DNA of 42,442 nucleotides from a virus (IMGVR_UViG_3300021082_000016:1-42442), one strand, 5' to 3'; counted from the stretch's first letter, positions 17,475 to 26,497 are shown. Notes: generated by a model from the sequence alone, not told the origin. Numbers and translations: made by a program.

Positions 17475-17764
17475 CCGAGCTAACCGCCCTGGACCGCGAA
17501 GTCCTGACGCTGATCGCCCGCTTCGAAGGCTCCACCGACCCGGACATGCACGACGCGATGACGCAGTACGCCGCCCGCCAGCTGCTCACCGAGGTAGCCG
17601 AGTACGACGTGCCCGGGGTACCGCTCTGCGCCGACACGCTGAGCCTGATCGCCCAGCTGCAGCAGGCGTTGCCACCCGTACCGGACGGGGGCTGGCGGTC
17701 TCATGTTGCGGGGATCGGCTGGCAGGCGAGCCACATGTTGATCGTGGCGGGGGTGCGGGTATGA
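17471..17764 (+). CDS. Hypothetical protein
   Basis: ATGA-coupled ORF (MTELTALDREV...). Confidence 0.6.
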   Translation: MTELTALDREVLTLIARFEGSTDPDMHDAMTQYAARQLLTEVAEYDVPGVPLCADTLSLIAQLQQALPPVPDGGWRSHVAGIGWQASHMLIVAGVRV

Positions 17765-18237
17765 GCCGCGACCTTGCGATCACGAACGCCCCGTGGCGCG
17801 TCCGCCTAAATGGAACGGGTTCGGGCCGCTGGTTAGAGGTCGTCGGCGAAGATAACTACTACCAAGGTGGCGGCGCCCACGTGCTCTTAGAAGCGCACAC
17901 GGTTGCCCTCAACAACCGCGGCACGAGTGAGGCATGGGAGCCCACAGAGGACGCCGAGGAGATCAAGGCAAACGTCTTCCTCGCTGCTGCGGCGCCCGAG
18001 ATGTACAAGGCGCTGATGGTCGCACATGACCTGGCGTACCTTTCGTTCGCGATCACGGTTGACGACCACACGCGAATCACCGAGGTCTGCGACCGATACC
18101 CCGAACTTCACCAGGACATGACGGAGAGCCAGGCATACGCCGTGCTTCGCGACATGGAGCTGTACCTGCGCTCGACGGCGCTGCTCAAGGCTCGGGGCGT
18201 TGGCGTAGACATCGACGAAAGCCCGGCAGCGCCATGA
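17761..18237 (+). CDS. Hypothetical phage protein (PW...AN..L.AAAPEM type)
   Basis: TNAPWR...KANVFLAAAAPEMYKAL motif is common in phage early genes. Confidence 0.65.
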   Translation: MSRDLAITNAPWRVRLNGTGSGRWLEVVGEDNYYQGGGAHVLLEAHTVALNNRGTSEAWEPTEDAEEIKANVFLAAAAPEMYKALMVAHDLAYLSFAITVDDHTRITEVCDRYPELHQDMTESQAYAVLRDMELYLRSTALLKARGVGVDIDESPAAP

Positions 18238-18578
18238 CCGGCCCGCACGGGAAGCTGCCGAACTGGAACGTAGGCCGCCTGCGCCTGGTACCGGTTGACC
18301 CGTACGTTGACCCGAACCTCGACACCCCGGCCCGGATCGCCGCCCGCAGCGTTTCCTTGGAAACCCTCGAGCGCCTGCGTGACACGCCGGTGTTCGAGGG
18401 TTGCGACGACGTCGAGGAAGAGTTCCTCGTCCTGCCGCAGATCCACGTGCGCATCCGCACCAGCGACCGGGAAGCAGCCGCAAAGGCGATCCTCGCGCAC
18501 CTGGTGGTGCACGTCGGCGGGCTGCACGTTGACGGCTTCGTGAGCTACGCCATCGGCCCGAACGTGGAGGTCATCTGA
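18234..18578 (+). CDS. Hypothetical protein
   Basis: ATGA coupling. Confidence 0.55.
   Translation: MTGPHGKLPNWNVGRLRLVPVDPYVDPNLDTPARIAARSVSLETLERLRDTPVFEGCDDVEEEFLVLPQIHVRIRTSDREAAAKAILAHLVVHVGGLHVDGFVSYAIGPNVEVI
18351..18364. promoter_or_regulatory. Palindromic box GTTTCCTTGGAAAC, exact
   Basis: Read directly; encodes VSLET. Confidence 0.75.
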
Positions 18579-18579
18579 G

Positions 18580-18669
18580 GTGAGCGCGCTGGTGATCACG
18601 ATCGTAGTTGTGCTTTGCGCCGCTTACCTGCTGTGGCAGGTGTGGGCGGCTGATTTAGAGGGGGAATAG
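18580..18669 (+). CDS. 29-aa single-TM peptide
   Basis: GGAGG RBS; MSALVITIVVVLCAAYLLWQVWAADLEGE fills the gap between genes. Confidence 0.5.
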   Translation: MSALVITIVVVLCAAYLLWQVWAADLEGE

Positions 18670-18672
18670 ACG

Positions 18673-19113
18673 ATGACGAACAAGACAGACGAGAGCCCGC
18701 TGGCCGGCTTCCTGGCCGGTCTGGAGCAAGAGGAGACCGAAGAGCAGGCGGACCTGGTGGGCCTGCTGTTCGAATACGACCGCTGGCGCGCCCAGGAGAC
18801 GAGCGCCAGGGCCGAGAAGGAAAAGATCGCGGTGCGTCTGCGCCGCTGGCTGGACCTGCACCCGGCGGACACGCTGTGGGACGGCGAGCGCGGCATCGAA
18901 GCCCGCCTGCAGACCCGCACGGGCGCCGAGCGCTACGACGTGGCAGCGATGCCGGCGGCGCTGGTCAAGGCGCTGCACAAGAGCAACGCCCTGACGGTCG
19001 ACGTGACGGTGCTGCGCGCCCTGGCGGGCAAGACGACGGTAGCCGAGGACGTCAAGCCGTACCGCGTGCCCGGCATGGTCACGATGTCGCTGGAAGTCAA
19101 GGTGAAGTCGTGA
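18673..19113 (+). CDS. Hypothetical protein with N-terminal coiled coil
   Basis: GAGGGGG RBS; strong codon bias. Confidence 0.6.
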   Translation: MTNKTDESPLAGFLAGLEQEETEEQADLVGLLFEYDRWRAQETSARAEKEKIAVRLRRWLDLHPADTLWDGERGIEARLQTRTGAERYDVAAMPAALVKALHKSNALTVDVTVLRALAGKTTVAEDVKPYRVPGMVTMSLEVKVKS

Positions 19114-19412
19114 GCCTGCTAGCACGCGCCGGGGAGCTCACGGTTAAAGACCTCGAGACGCCGCGTCAAAAGCTCACGCTGATGGCGCTGGCCGATATCG
19201 CAGACGCCTGCGCCCGCATGGAGTCACCGCACTGCCACGTCAACATGGTCGACCTGGGCATCCAGACGATCCAGACGACGGGCGAGCTGGACGTGACCAT
19301 AAAGCGCTTGAAGGCACTCGGCCTTATCTCGTTTGCAGGTATTTCAGCGGAGGGCAACGGAGAGCGCCACTTGCTCGACGTCGTGCTGCACCTGCCGGAG
19401 GCGTCGCTATGA
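19110..19412 (+). CDS. Winged-helix DNA-binding protein
   Basis: QKLTLMALADIAD...TIKRLKALGLI pattern; GTGA coupling. Confidence 0.55.
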   Translation: MSLLARAGELTVKDLETPRQKLTLMALADIADACARMESPHCHVNMVDLGIQTIQTTGELDVTIKRLKALGLISFAGISAEGNGERHLLDVVLHLPEASL

Positions 19413-19843
19413 CCGCCGAACGCTCGGAAGCCAACATCTTCACGGTCAACCCGGCCGGCGTAAAGGTGCACTGGAAGCTGGTAGAGGGCACGCCGTCCGA
19501 AGAGCTCAAGAAGCTGGTGGTCAACGTCGGCGTGCTGACCGCGGCCCTGGCCGAGAAGGGCTACACGCCTGACCCGATGGGCGGCAAGTACGGCCCGTCC
19601 GGCCCCGTAGCGTCCTCTGGCGCGTCCCAACCGACTGCAGCGCCCAATGACGCAGGGAGTCCGGCTCCGCGCTGCCCTGACTGCGGTGGCGAGGTCTACG
19701 ACAACCGGGGCAACCGGCCTAGCCCGAAGTCCCCGCACTTCAAGTGCAAGAACAAAGCTTGCGCCTCTGTCGGGTGGGAGGGCACGGACGGCATCTCGTG
19801 GCAGAAGGCCCGCCAGCCCGCCAACAGCGGCCAGCGGTACTAG
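19409..19843 (+). CDS. Zn-ribbon protein
   Basis: CPDCGG...YDNR...HFKCKNKAC; GGAGG RBS. Confidence 0.65.
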   Translation: MTAERSEANIFTVNPAGVKVHWKLVEGTPSEELKKLVVNVGVLTAALAEKGYTPDPMGGKYGPSGPVASSGASQPTAAPNDAGSPAPRCPDCGGEVYDNRGNRPSPKSPHFKCKNKACASVGWEGTDGISWQKARQPANSGQRY

Positions 19844-19884
19844 GAGGTGATGCCGGCTTAGACGCCATATCCACGGTTCTGGTA

Positions 19885-20340
19885 AAGACGCGACGCCGCT
19901 CTTCTCTCAGGGCTCACGCCCTGGAGCGGCGTCGCGGAGAGGGACTGAACGAAGAGATGTGAGCGGGCCGCTAGGGTGAAACTCCCGACGCGAACACTCA
20001 TGGATAGACGGGGAATCCGGCGTTGGCACGGAGCCTAGCAGCGGCCAACCACAACGTGCGCAATGTGGCCCGAAAGGGTTTAGGGAAGCAGGCAGAAAGC
20101 CCGTCGGCAACTTCGTTCAGCCTCTCTCCGCGACGAGGAGTCGCTATTAGCCGTCAGGAGGCCAGTCATGTGAAAGAAGGGCAACGGCGTGCGCAGCGTC
20201 CCGTAAAAGCGCTGCGCCGCCGCGACAAACGGATCGAGGGGAGCCACCTGGGGCCCCCTCCCAGGCAGGTCAGGCGCCGGGTTTCGTCGTCTGGGCCCAT
20301 CGGCGGCCGTCCCTTCGGTCCGTTTGTCGCGGCGAAGAGT
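19885..20340 (+). ncRNA. Candidate structured non-coding RNA / leader
   Basis: No credible ORF; 13-bp stem 19889/19936, 9-bp stem 20191/20217, 25-bp stem 20218/20334 with G-U pairs, GAAA loops. Confidence 0.45.
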
Positions 20341-20383
20341 CGCACTTAAACAGCACGAGTTCAAAGAGGGAGTACACCGCAGC

Positions 20384-20674
20384 ATGAGTTGGAGTGTCAC
20401 GAAGACCATCACCCCGAACGAACTGCCAACGGACGAAATGCCCGGCGATCTCGAAGAGGCCGTTAAGGGCCAGAACCCTGCCGGCATCGACGCTGCTACC
20501 GACGCATGGGGCGCCGTGATAGGGCTGCTCCGAACCGGCAACCTCGGGACGCCGGACAAGCAGTATTTCGTTTCGATGAGCGGCCACGGCAACCCGGGCC
20601 ACGAGCCGACGCCCGGTTGGGCCAACGACGAGGTACGCATCACGATCCAGCAGGCGCCACCGACACCCGTCTAG
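20384..20674 (+). CDS. Hypothetical protein (MSWSVTK...SMSGHGNPGH)
   Basis: GAGGGAG RBS; typical codon bias. Confidence 0.65.
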   Translation: MSWSVTKTITPNELPTDEMPGDLEEAVKGQNPAGIDAATDAWGAVIGLLRTGNLGTPDKQYFVSMSGHGNPGHEPTPGWANDEVRITIQQAPPTPV

Positions 20675-20744
20675 CGCACAAACGGCGAGCTGCGTCCGCC
20701 CCCTCTAACGCCTGGAGGGGAAACGGGCAGCACGTTGCGGGCTC

Positions 20745-20758
20745 ATTTCCCAGGAAAC
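20745..20758. promoter_or_regulatory. Palindromic box ATTTCCCAGGAAAC (1 mismatch), intergenic
   Basis: Read directly. Confidence 0.6.
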
Positions 20759-20827
20759 GTCTACCTAGCCGGTCGAGCGCTCCTGGGGGATGGACCCGCC
20801 ACGGAAACGTAGCGAGAAAGACAAGAT

Positions 20828-21490
20828 ATGACGACTCCCCCCGCCGTCATTACAACCGCCGAGTTCCGCGCGATGGGCAACGCCTCGCCGAAGCCCGCGA
20901 AGCGCGAGCGTCTGCCGGGCAGGGGCCTAAAGCGCACCGGTTTCAAGGCCAAGCGTCGCGCCTCGGAGCTGCCGGTTGCCGTCCTGCGCCGTCTGGCCGA
21001 GCAAGGCGCCATCGACCCCGCAGAGCACGGCCTCAACCGCCCGCGCAGGCGGCCCGTACGCCGCCTCAAGGACTCAGAGGGCACATTGACGCACCTGGTC
21101 GACCAGCGCGGGCGTCAATGGGCCTGGCCGCAGCCAGAGCACATGACCGAGGCGGCGTTCGACGACACGCTGCTGGACTGGGGCTTCAAGCTCGGCGGGA
21201 TGCTCAAGGCCTGGCACTGCCGCGTACCGCAGGAGTCGCTCGAGGGCTGGGTTGACTGGGTGTACCTCTTCCGCGGCCGCGGTGTGTTCTCTGAGAACAA
21301 GGTGCGCGACCGCCACGGTGACGCGCCGCCGCCATCGAAGTTTCAAAACGCCTTCATCTCTTGTCTGCTGCTGGCCGGTTTCGACGCGCGGCAGTGGACC
21401 TACCCCGATGACGTCTGGGAAGCGTGGGAGACGCTGACGCGCCGGCCGGCTGAAGAGTGCCCGTACTGGGCGGAGACGGAGCCGAAATGA
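20828..21490 (+). CDS. VRR-NUC family nuclease (PD-(D/E)xK) with basic N-terminal extension
   Basis: MTEAAF...GWVDW...FSENK...SKFQNAF pattern. Confidence 0.65.
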   Translation: MTTPPAVITTAEFRAMGNASPKPAKRERLPGRGLKRTGFKAKRRASELPVAVLRRLAEQGAIDPAEHGLNRPRRRPVRRLKDSEGTLTHLVDQRGRQWAWPQPEHMTEAAFDDTLLDWGFKLGGMLKAWHCRVPQESLEGWVDWVYLFRGRGVFSENKVRDRHGDAPPPSKFQNAFISCLLLAGFDARQWTYPDDVWEAWETLTRRPAEECPYWAETEPK

Positions 21491-21828
21491 ACGACGTACA
21501 GATCCGCGTGCCGCGGCGTCCGCTGCTGGACGAGCCCGGCAACCAGCGCGAGGACTGGCTCTCGGGCGAGCTCACGGTCAGGCACGAGGACGGACGTCTG
21601 CGCCGCGCCAAGACGCTGTGGAAGTACGCCTGGTGCCTGGCGCTGGTGGGCCGCACGTTCCCCGAGATCGTGGCGGGCCTGGAGGAGCGCGACCGGCTGC
21701 CGGAGTACCGCAAGTTCACGAAGGGTGACGGACCGTGGGGCCGCGGCCGCTACGAGATCATCACCAGGCAGGTGCTGCGCAACCACGAAGCGTGGGACGT
21801 ACGGCACGCGGGCGAGGCCTCGTCATGA
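21487..21828 (+). CDS. Hypothetical protein
   Basis: ATGA coupling; GGAG RBS. Confidence 0.55.
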   Translation: MNDVQIRVPRRPLLDEPGNQREDWLSGELTVRHEDGRLRRAKTLWKYAWCLALVGRTFPEIVAGLEERDRLPEYRKFTKGDGPWGRGRYEIITRQVLRNHEAWDVRHAGEASS

Positions 21829-22673
21829 GCGCCACGAAGAGCAACATCGAATGGACGGACACGACGTGGAACCCGAGCACCGGCTGCAGCAAGGTCTCGC
21901 CCGGCTGTGCCCACTGCTATGCGGAGACGCTGACGGCTCGCTACGCCGGGAGTCCGGGCTGGCCTGCTGAGTTCAAGCCGTGGACGCCCGCCAACGCCGC
22001 AGAGAACGTGGTGCTGCACCCTGACCGGCTGGAGGCGCCGTTCTCGTGGAAGACGCCGCGACGCGTCTTCGTCGACAGCATGAGCGACCTGTTCCACGAG
22101 AACATCATGTACGAGTTCCGTGCGCTGGTATTCGACGTTATGCGCCTCGCTCAGCAGCACCAGTTTCAGGTGCTCACGAAGCGGCCCGCGATCATGCGTG
22201 AGTTCGTCAAGGCGTACAAAGCGGAGACGGGACACGGGCCCCTCCCGAACGTCTGGCTAGGCGTCACGGTAGAGAACCAGCGCTGGGCAGACGAGCGCAT
22301 CCCGATCTTGCTGGACACCCCGGCGGCGGTGCGCTTCGTCAGCGCTGAGCCGTTGCTTGGGCCAGTCGCGCTAGACCCTGCTTGGTTGCACATGATCCTT
22401 AGTAAGCGCACAGGGAAGCGCTGCACCTGCGGCCAAACCTTCATGCATCGCGACGATTGCGCGACGTGGGAGCAGACGCTCGACTGGGTAATCGTCGGCG
22501 GTGAGAGCGGCCCGAAACATCGCGTCTTCGACCCGGCATGGGCACGCAGCATCGTCGCTCAGTGCGCTGAGGCGGGCGTGGCGTGCTTCGTCAAGCAGCT
22601 CGGCGGTGCTCGCCCCGGCACGGCGCTTGAAGACCTACCGGAAGACCTGCGCGTGCGCGAGTACCCGGCATGA
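21825..22673 (+). CDS. Phage Gp37/Gp68 family (DUF5131) radical-SAM-like protein
   Basis: IEWTDTTWNP, GCSKVSPGCAHCYA, SMSDLFHE, LTKRP, SAEPLLG and WVIVGGESG motifs. Confidence 0.92.
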   Translation: MSATKSNIEWTDTTWNPSTGCSKVSPGCAHCYAETLTARYAGSPGWPAEFKPWTPANAAENVVLHPDRLEAPFSWKTPRRVFVDSMSDLFHENIMYEFRALVFDVMRLAQQHQFQVLTKRPAIMREFVKAYKAETGHGPLPNVWLGVTVENQRWADERIPILLDTPAAVRFVSAEPLLGPVALDPAWLHMILSKRTGKRCTCGQTFMHRDDCATWEQTLDWVIVGGESGPKHRVFDPAWARSIVAQCAEAGVACFVKQLGGARPGTALEDLPEDLRVREYPA

Positions 22674-22954
22674 GCCAGGACACTGCGAGCGAGCTTCTCG
22701 GTGCGCTGGAGAGGGCACGTGTGGCGATCGGGTACGCCGAACGCATGGATATCCGTGCGACTGAGGCCAACGTTCGCGCTGACGGCCTCGAAGCCCTACT
22801 GAAAGAGGCGCACGACGCGATGGACGACCTGAACGCCGATGACGACGCTCACGTCGTCGGCTGCGGCTGGTGTCAGAGCTTCGGCTATGACGGCGACGGC
22901 CTCAATCACAAAGACGACTGCATCCTCGTGCGGATACGTCAGGCGCTTCCATGA
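22670..22954 (+). CDS. Hypothetical protein (coiled coil plus CxxC...HxxxC)
   Basis: ATGA coupling. Confidence 0.6.
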   Translation: MSQDTASELLGALERARVAIGYAERMDIRATEANVRADGLEALLKEAHDAMDDLNADDDAHVVGCGWCQSFGYDGDGLNHKDDCILVRIRQALP

Positions 22955-23046
22955 GCCTCCTCGTGCACCTCCGTTGGGCATTCCATGGCCTGTACTGCAG
23001 ACATTGCCGTGAGCTCGACCTGCTACCGGTGGGGAGGCGACGGTGA
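22951..23046 (+). CDS. 31-aa CxxC peptide
   Basis: ATGA and GTGA overlaps at both ends; YCRHCRE. Confidence 0.45.
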   Translation: MSLLVHLRWAFHGLYCRHCRELDLLPVGRRR

Positions 23047-23513
23047 CTGTAATTCCGCCACGCCTCGCCCATAGACCGACGTTCGGCGGAATGGTCGTGC
23101 CCTTCATGGTCGACCTGAAGCCCGACCCGATCAGCTTTGCCCTGCTCGACACGGCCCTGGTATCCGAGTGCGCTCGGCAACGTCTCTGCGGCATCTGCGG
23201 TCAAGTCATCGAGCGAACCGAGCGGCTCGCCTTTCTGGGTGCAACCACCAACACCTACGACCAGGCGGAACGCGATTGCTTCGGCGATCCGTGGATGCAT
23301 GAAGAATGCGCGCGCTACTCGCTGGCGACCTGCCCTTTCATCGCCAAGCGCCGCCGGTTCCGTGAGGCGGGAAGCGTGCTGCCGGAGATTGCTGAGAACC
23401 ACGCCGAAGGATGGTCGCTCGTGATCGCACGCAACGGTCGCGCGTTCTACGACGGCCGCATCTGGCATTTCCACCCCAACGGCATCCGCAAGCGCGAGCT
23501 GGTGAAGTCATGA
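23043..23513 (+). CDS. Cys/His Zn-binding phage protein
   Basis: RLCGICG...PWMHEECARYSLATCPF; GGAGG RBS. Confidence 0.65.
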   Translation: MTVIPPRLAHRPTFGGMVVPFMVDLKPDPISFALLDTALVSECARQRLCGICGQVIERTERLAFLGATTNTYDQAERDCFGDPWMHEECARYSLATCPFIAKRRRFREAGSVLPEIAENHAEGWSLVIARNGRAFYDGRIWHFHPNGIRKRELVKS

Positions 23514-23701
23514 CCGTCCTCCTGGACCGGATCGAAGACGCCCTGGCGCCGCTGGCCGCTGATCTAGTGACCTCGTGCCTGCTGTGCGGTTCGGCGCTGG
23601 TAACGATGGGCGGGCACAACTACGGACGTGCCGGCATCTTCTGCGTCTGCAGGGAGTGCATCGAGGACCTGACGCGCCAGACGAAGGCGGGCGGGCGATG
23701 A
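23510..23701 (+). CDS. Small Zn-finger protein
   Basis: CLLCG...CRECI; ATGA coupling. Confidence 0.55.
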   Translation: MTVLLDRIEDALAPLAADLVTSCLLCGSALVTMGGHNYGRAGIFCVCRECIEDLTRQTKAGGR

Positions 23702-23952
23702 ACGACCACAGCTACCTCTGCGGCCTCTGCGATACCTGGCACCTGCCGGGCGAGTGTCCGGGCGGAGCACCAGCACCACAACGGGACTACTGCCCGCGCT
23801 GCCGTGAGCAACGCCGTGGTGACGGCCTGCTGGTCTCTACGTATGACGCACGGGGCAAACCGGTACAGGCGTGCTCTGTATGCGGCTGGGGCACCGTGAA
23901 GGCGCCCAGGACGCCACGTAAGCGCGGCAGGCGGGCGAGGGCGCGGCGATGA
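23698..23952 (+). CDS. Small Zn-finger protein with basic tail
   Basis: CGLC..H...C, CPRC, CSVC; ATGA coupling. Confidence 0.55.
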   Translation: MNDHSYLCGLCDTWHLPGECPGGAPAPQRDYCPRCREQRRGDGLLVSTYDARGKPVQACSVCGWGTVKAPRTPRKRGRRARARR

Positions 23953-24461
23953 ACCTAGACGAAGCGCTGCTGGCATATAAGGCCGAGCTGGACGAGTTCG
24001 AGCCTGGCCGCGACTCCTCGCTTCCGGTCGACCTGGCCGTGATGCATATCGGCGAAGCATTGCTCGAGGAGTGGGGCCTACCAACCCCGCAGGGCAAATT
24101 CCGCTTAGCCGAGTTGTTCATCGACGCTCAGCGGGTCGTGTCTCTCGAAGAAATCCAGGCCGTTTACGACGAGAGGTGTGCGCAAGTTGCTGTCGACGAA
24201 GCCGCCGAAGACGCGATGATCGAACCTGCGAGCCGTCCGTACCGAAAGAGGCCGATCCCGGAGGACATCCGATGGGAGGTCTTCGAGCGCGACGGCTTCA
24301 AGTGCGTGACGTGCGGCTCGCGCCGCTTCCTCCGTGCCGACCACAAGCACCCCGAGCGTCACGGTGGGCTCGCGACGCTGGAGAACCTACAGACGCTCTG
24401 CCGCAGCTGCAACAGCCGTAAGGGCGCACGAGTGCCCTCAGCCACAAAAGGGGGAGCTTAG
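23949..24461 (+). CDS. HNH endonuclease domain protein
   Basis: VFERDGFKCVTCG...ADHKHP...GG...ENLQTLCRSCNSRKG. Confidence 0.9.
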   Translation: MNLDEALLAYKAELDEFEPGRDSSLPVDLAVMHIGEALLEEWGLPTPQGKFRLAELFIDAQRVVSLEEIQAVYDERCAQVAVDEAAEDAMIEPASRPYRKRPIPEDIRWEVFERDGFKCVTCGSRRFLRADHKHPERHGGLATLENLQTLCRSCNSRKGARVPSATKGGA

Positions 24462-24497
24462 CGGACGTTTCGGCGGGGCAAACGTCGGGAGCCGCTT

Positions 24498-25250
24498 ATG
24501 AACGAGACGAAGAGGACGCAAGCGAAGATGTGGTGGTTTCGAGGGCTGTCAGCAGACCTGACAGATCCACGCCTGCACGAAATGAGCGCCGCGGACTTCC
24601 GTGACCTCTACTTCCTTCAGTGCGTGGGCAACCAGGAGGAGCCGCGCGGCTCCCTGCCGCCCGCGCCGGCGTGCGCTTTCCACCTGCACAAGAGCGGTGC
24701 CGCAACGGTGGCACTGATCAACCGGCTCAAGGGCTGGGGGAAGCTCGAAGAGCGCGACGGGCGGCTCTGGATAGCGGACTCCGACCAGCGCTACAGGGCG
24801 TCCGACGACGCCGCGGCGCGCATGGCGAACGCCCGTGCGGTTCGACGTGATGGTTCGGAACATGTTCAGAACAGCGAGCGCACGGATTCAGAACGCGTTG
24901 CGAACCCGTCTACCTCTTCCTCTTCTTCTGGTGCTTCCGGTGAAGAAAGTGATCTAAGTAACTCTCTACGACCCAATCAAGACGAAGAAGACGTAAGAGC
25001 CGTTCTGAAATTGTTCAGAACGCACGGCATCTCCACGAACCCCACGGTGGAAGGGCAAATCCGCGACGGCGTCGCCAGCTTCGGTGCGCCCTGCATGGAG
25101 CACTGCCTGCGCCGGGCAGCCTTGAACAACAAGGTCTCGATGGCTTACGTCCTGGCGTCCTGCCGTGGCCACGCCTCCGATGGAGCCTGCCCGGCGGACG
25201 ACGAAGAGCACCTGACGCGCCGGGAGCGCATGACGGCAGGCAAGCGTTAG
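24498..25250 (+). CDS. Replication initiator (lambda O / DnaD-like architecture)
   Basis: N-terminal WFR winged helix, AAARMANAR linker, internal iterons and Ser tract, DnaD-like C-terminus (AALNNKVSMAYV). Confidence 0.65.
   Translation: MNETKRTQAKMWWFRGLSADLTDPRLHEMSAADFRDLYFLQCVGNQEEPRGSLPPAPACAFHLHKSGAATVALINRLKGWGKLEERDGRLWIADSDQRYRASDDAAARMANARAVRRDGSEHVQNSERTDSERVANPSTSSSSSGASGEESDLSNSLRPNQDEEDVRAVLKLFRTHGISTNPTVEGQIRDGVASFGAPCMEHCLRRAALNNKVSMAYVLASCRGHASDGACPADDEEHLTRRERMTAGKR
24853..25021. repeat. Iterons GTTCnGAAC at 11-bp phasing; putative replication origin
   Basis: Copies at 24853, 24864, 24886, 24897, 25002 and 25013 flank a TCTTC tract and an AT-richer stretch. Confidence 0.6.
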
Positions 25251-25288
25251 ACCGCAGCGTTAAAGCGCTGGGGAGGTGAGGAGACACG

Positions 25289-25570
25289 ATGAACCAACCG
25301 AGCAAGCCGCCGATCGCGCTTGAAGTGCCGGCGCAGTACGAGAACCAGGAGTTCTGGCTGGTGCTGCCGACAAACGGCTTCGGCGACCCGAAGGTACGCA
25401 AGACCGACCCCGGCAGGCTGTCGGCCAACGAGTTCGCTTTGCGCCTTGAGCTGCGTGTGCCGAAGCATCAGCGCCGCGTCGCCCAGACGATCCAGATCAC
25501 GTTGCCGGACGAGTTCACGCACCTGGCGAAGGTCGACGTGTCGGTGGCCAGCGAAGGGCCGGAAGCCTGA
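25289..25570 (+). CDS. Hypothetical protein
   Basis: GAGGAG RBS. Confidence 0.65.
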   Translation: MNQPSKPPIALEVPAQYENQEFWLVLPTNGFGDPKVRKTDPGRLSANEFALRLELRVPKHQRRVAQTIQITLPDEFTHLAKVDVSVASEGPEA

Positions 25571-25651
25571 AATGCCCCAGCTCGCGACGGCTGCTGACCC
25601 TCGTCTGCTGTATCAGCCTCGCGTGCTTAGCCCTAACGAACGGAGGAGCGA

Positions 25652-25822
25652 ATGAACCCAACAACACCCACCTACGAGGACGCGTGCAGCGAGTGCAACC
25701 GGCCCTGTTCACGGGTCAAACGCGCAACGAGGACGCGAGGTCAGGGCTTCGTATCGACGCGCTTCGTCACCTCGTGTTGTGGCGCCGCGCCGGTAGCCGT
25801 TCCCCAGGAAACGAGGACGTAG
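25652..25822 (+). CDS. 56-aa Cys-rich protein (CSEC...SCCG)
   Basis: GGAGGAG RBS; MNPTTPTYEDACSEC...VPQETRT. Confidence 0.55.
   Translation: MNPTTPTYEDACSECNRPCSRVKRATRTRGQGFVSTRFVTSCCGAAPVAVPQETRT
25799..25812. promoter_or_regulatory. Palindromic box GTTCCCCAGGAAAC (1 mismatch)
   Basis: Read directly. Confidence 0.6.
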
Positions 25823-25996
25823 ATGCCAACCAGGTACGGCGGAATCAAAGCCCACTTGCACGAGGAGACGCACCACCTGGAGTGCACGGGCTGCGGCCAG
25901 CCGTGCGAGGCGGAGAGGCGTCACGGCTGGCGTTCGAAGTGCTGCGGCCAGTACGTGGCGGTGGTGAAGAACCCGTCGCCGATGAGCGAGGGCTGA
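25823..25996 (+). CDS. 57-aa Cys-rich protein (CTGC...KCCG), similar pattern to the previous gene
   Basis: GAGGA RBS; abuts the previous stop codon. Confidence 0.5.
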   Translation: MPTRYGGIKAHLHEETHHLECTGCGQPCEAERRHGWRSKCCGQYVAVVKNPSPMSEG

Positions 25997-26289
25997 GCGA
26001 TGGCAACCTTATCGCCCTCATCTGCGCTCAGCCGTGGCCGTGTGCGGATGCTGTGGCCGTGGCGCGTTGCGAAAGCGGCCTGGGCACGCATCCGGCGACC
26101 CACGACGTCAGCCGAGCCCACGCCGGCGTCTTCCAGCTCTCCCGAAACGACTACGCCGAGCTATTCGAGCGGGAGTACGGCTGGAGCTGGTACGACGTCG
26201 TCACCGACGACGCAACCAACGTTGCCGCTGCCTACGTGGTCTACGGACGGTGGGGTGACACCTTCGCAGCTTGGAGCTGTCGGCCTTGA
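25903..26289 (+). CDS. Lytic transglycosylase (SLT/Rpf-like) domain; start uncertain
   Basis: VARCESG...AGVFQL...NVAAAY...W lysozyme-like motifs in the last about 95 aa. Confidence 0.6.
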   Translation: MRGGEASRLAFEVLRPVRGGGEEPVADERGLSDGNLIALICAQPWPCADAVAVARCESGLGTHPATHDVSRAHAGVFQLSRNDYAELFEREYGWSWYDVVTDDATNVAAAYVVYGRWGDTFAAWSCRP

Positions 26290-26311
26290 GTACTGGCCAC
26301 GGCGGACGTCG

Positions 26312-26497
26312 ATGCTGACGTTCGTGCCGCTGAGGGACGAAGACCGGCTGAAGAGCCCGTGCTGCTGTCTCGGTGAGGCCGTAGAGCAGCGCTGCTTGCT
26401 GTGTCCTCAACACGGTGGTTCGGACGCCTGGCACGCGGTACCAAAGCTGCGCGGCTACCTGGTCGTCGGCCGCACCCACGCGGCGCTGGTGAACTGA
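26312..26497 (+). CDS. Small Cys-rich protein
   Basis: PCCC...CLLCPQHG; TGATG coupling. Confidence 0.45.
   Translation: MLTFVPLRDEDRLKSPCCCLGEAVEQRCLLCPQHGGSDAWHAVPKLRGYLVVGRTHAALVN

Noticed and set aside
19960-20120. Cobalamin riboswitch or group II intron
   Set aside because: Only short GGGAA/GGTGAAA-like fragments; no B12 box, domain V or RT ORF recognisable.
24464-24486. GACGTTT-N9-AAACGTC as another parS-like box
   Set aside because: Spacing and inner bases differ from GTTTCCnnGGAAAC; at most a local hairpin before the initiator gene.
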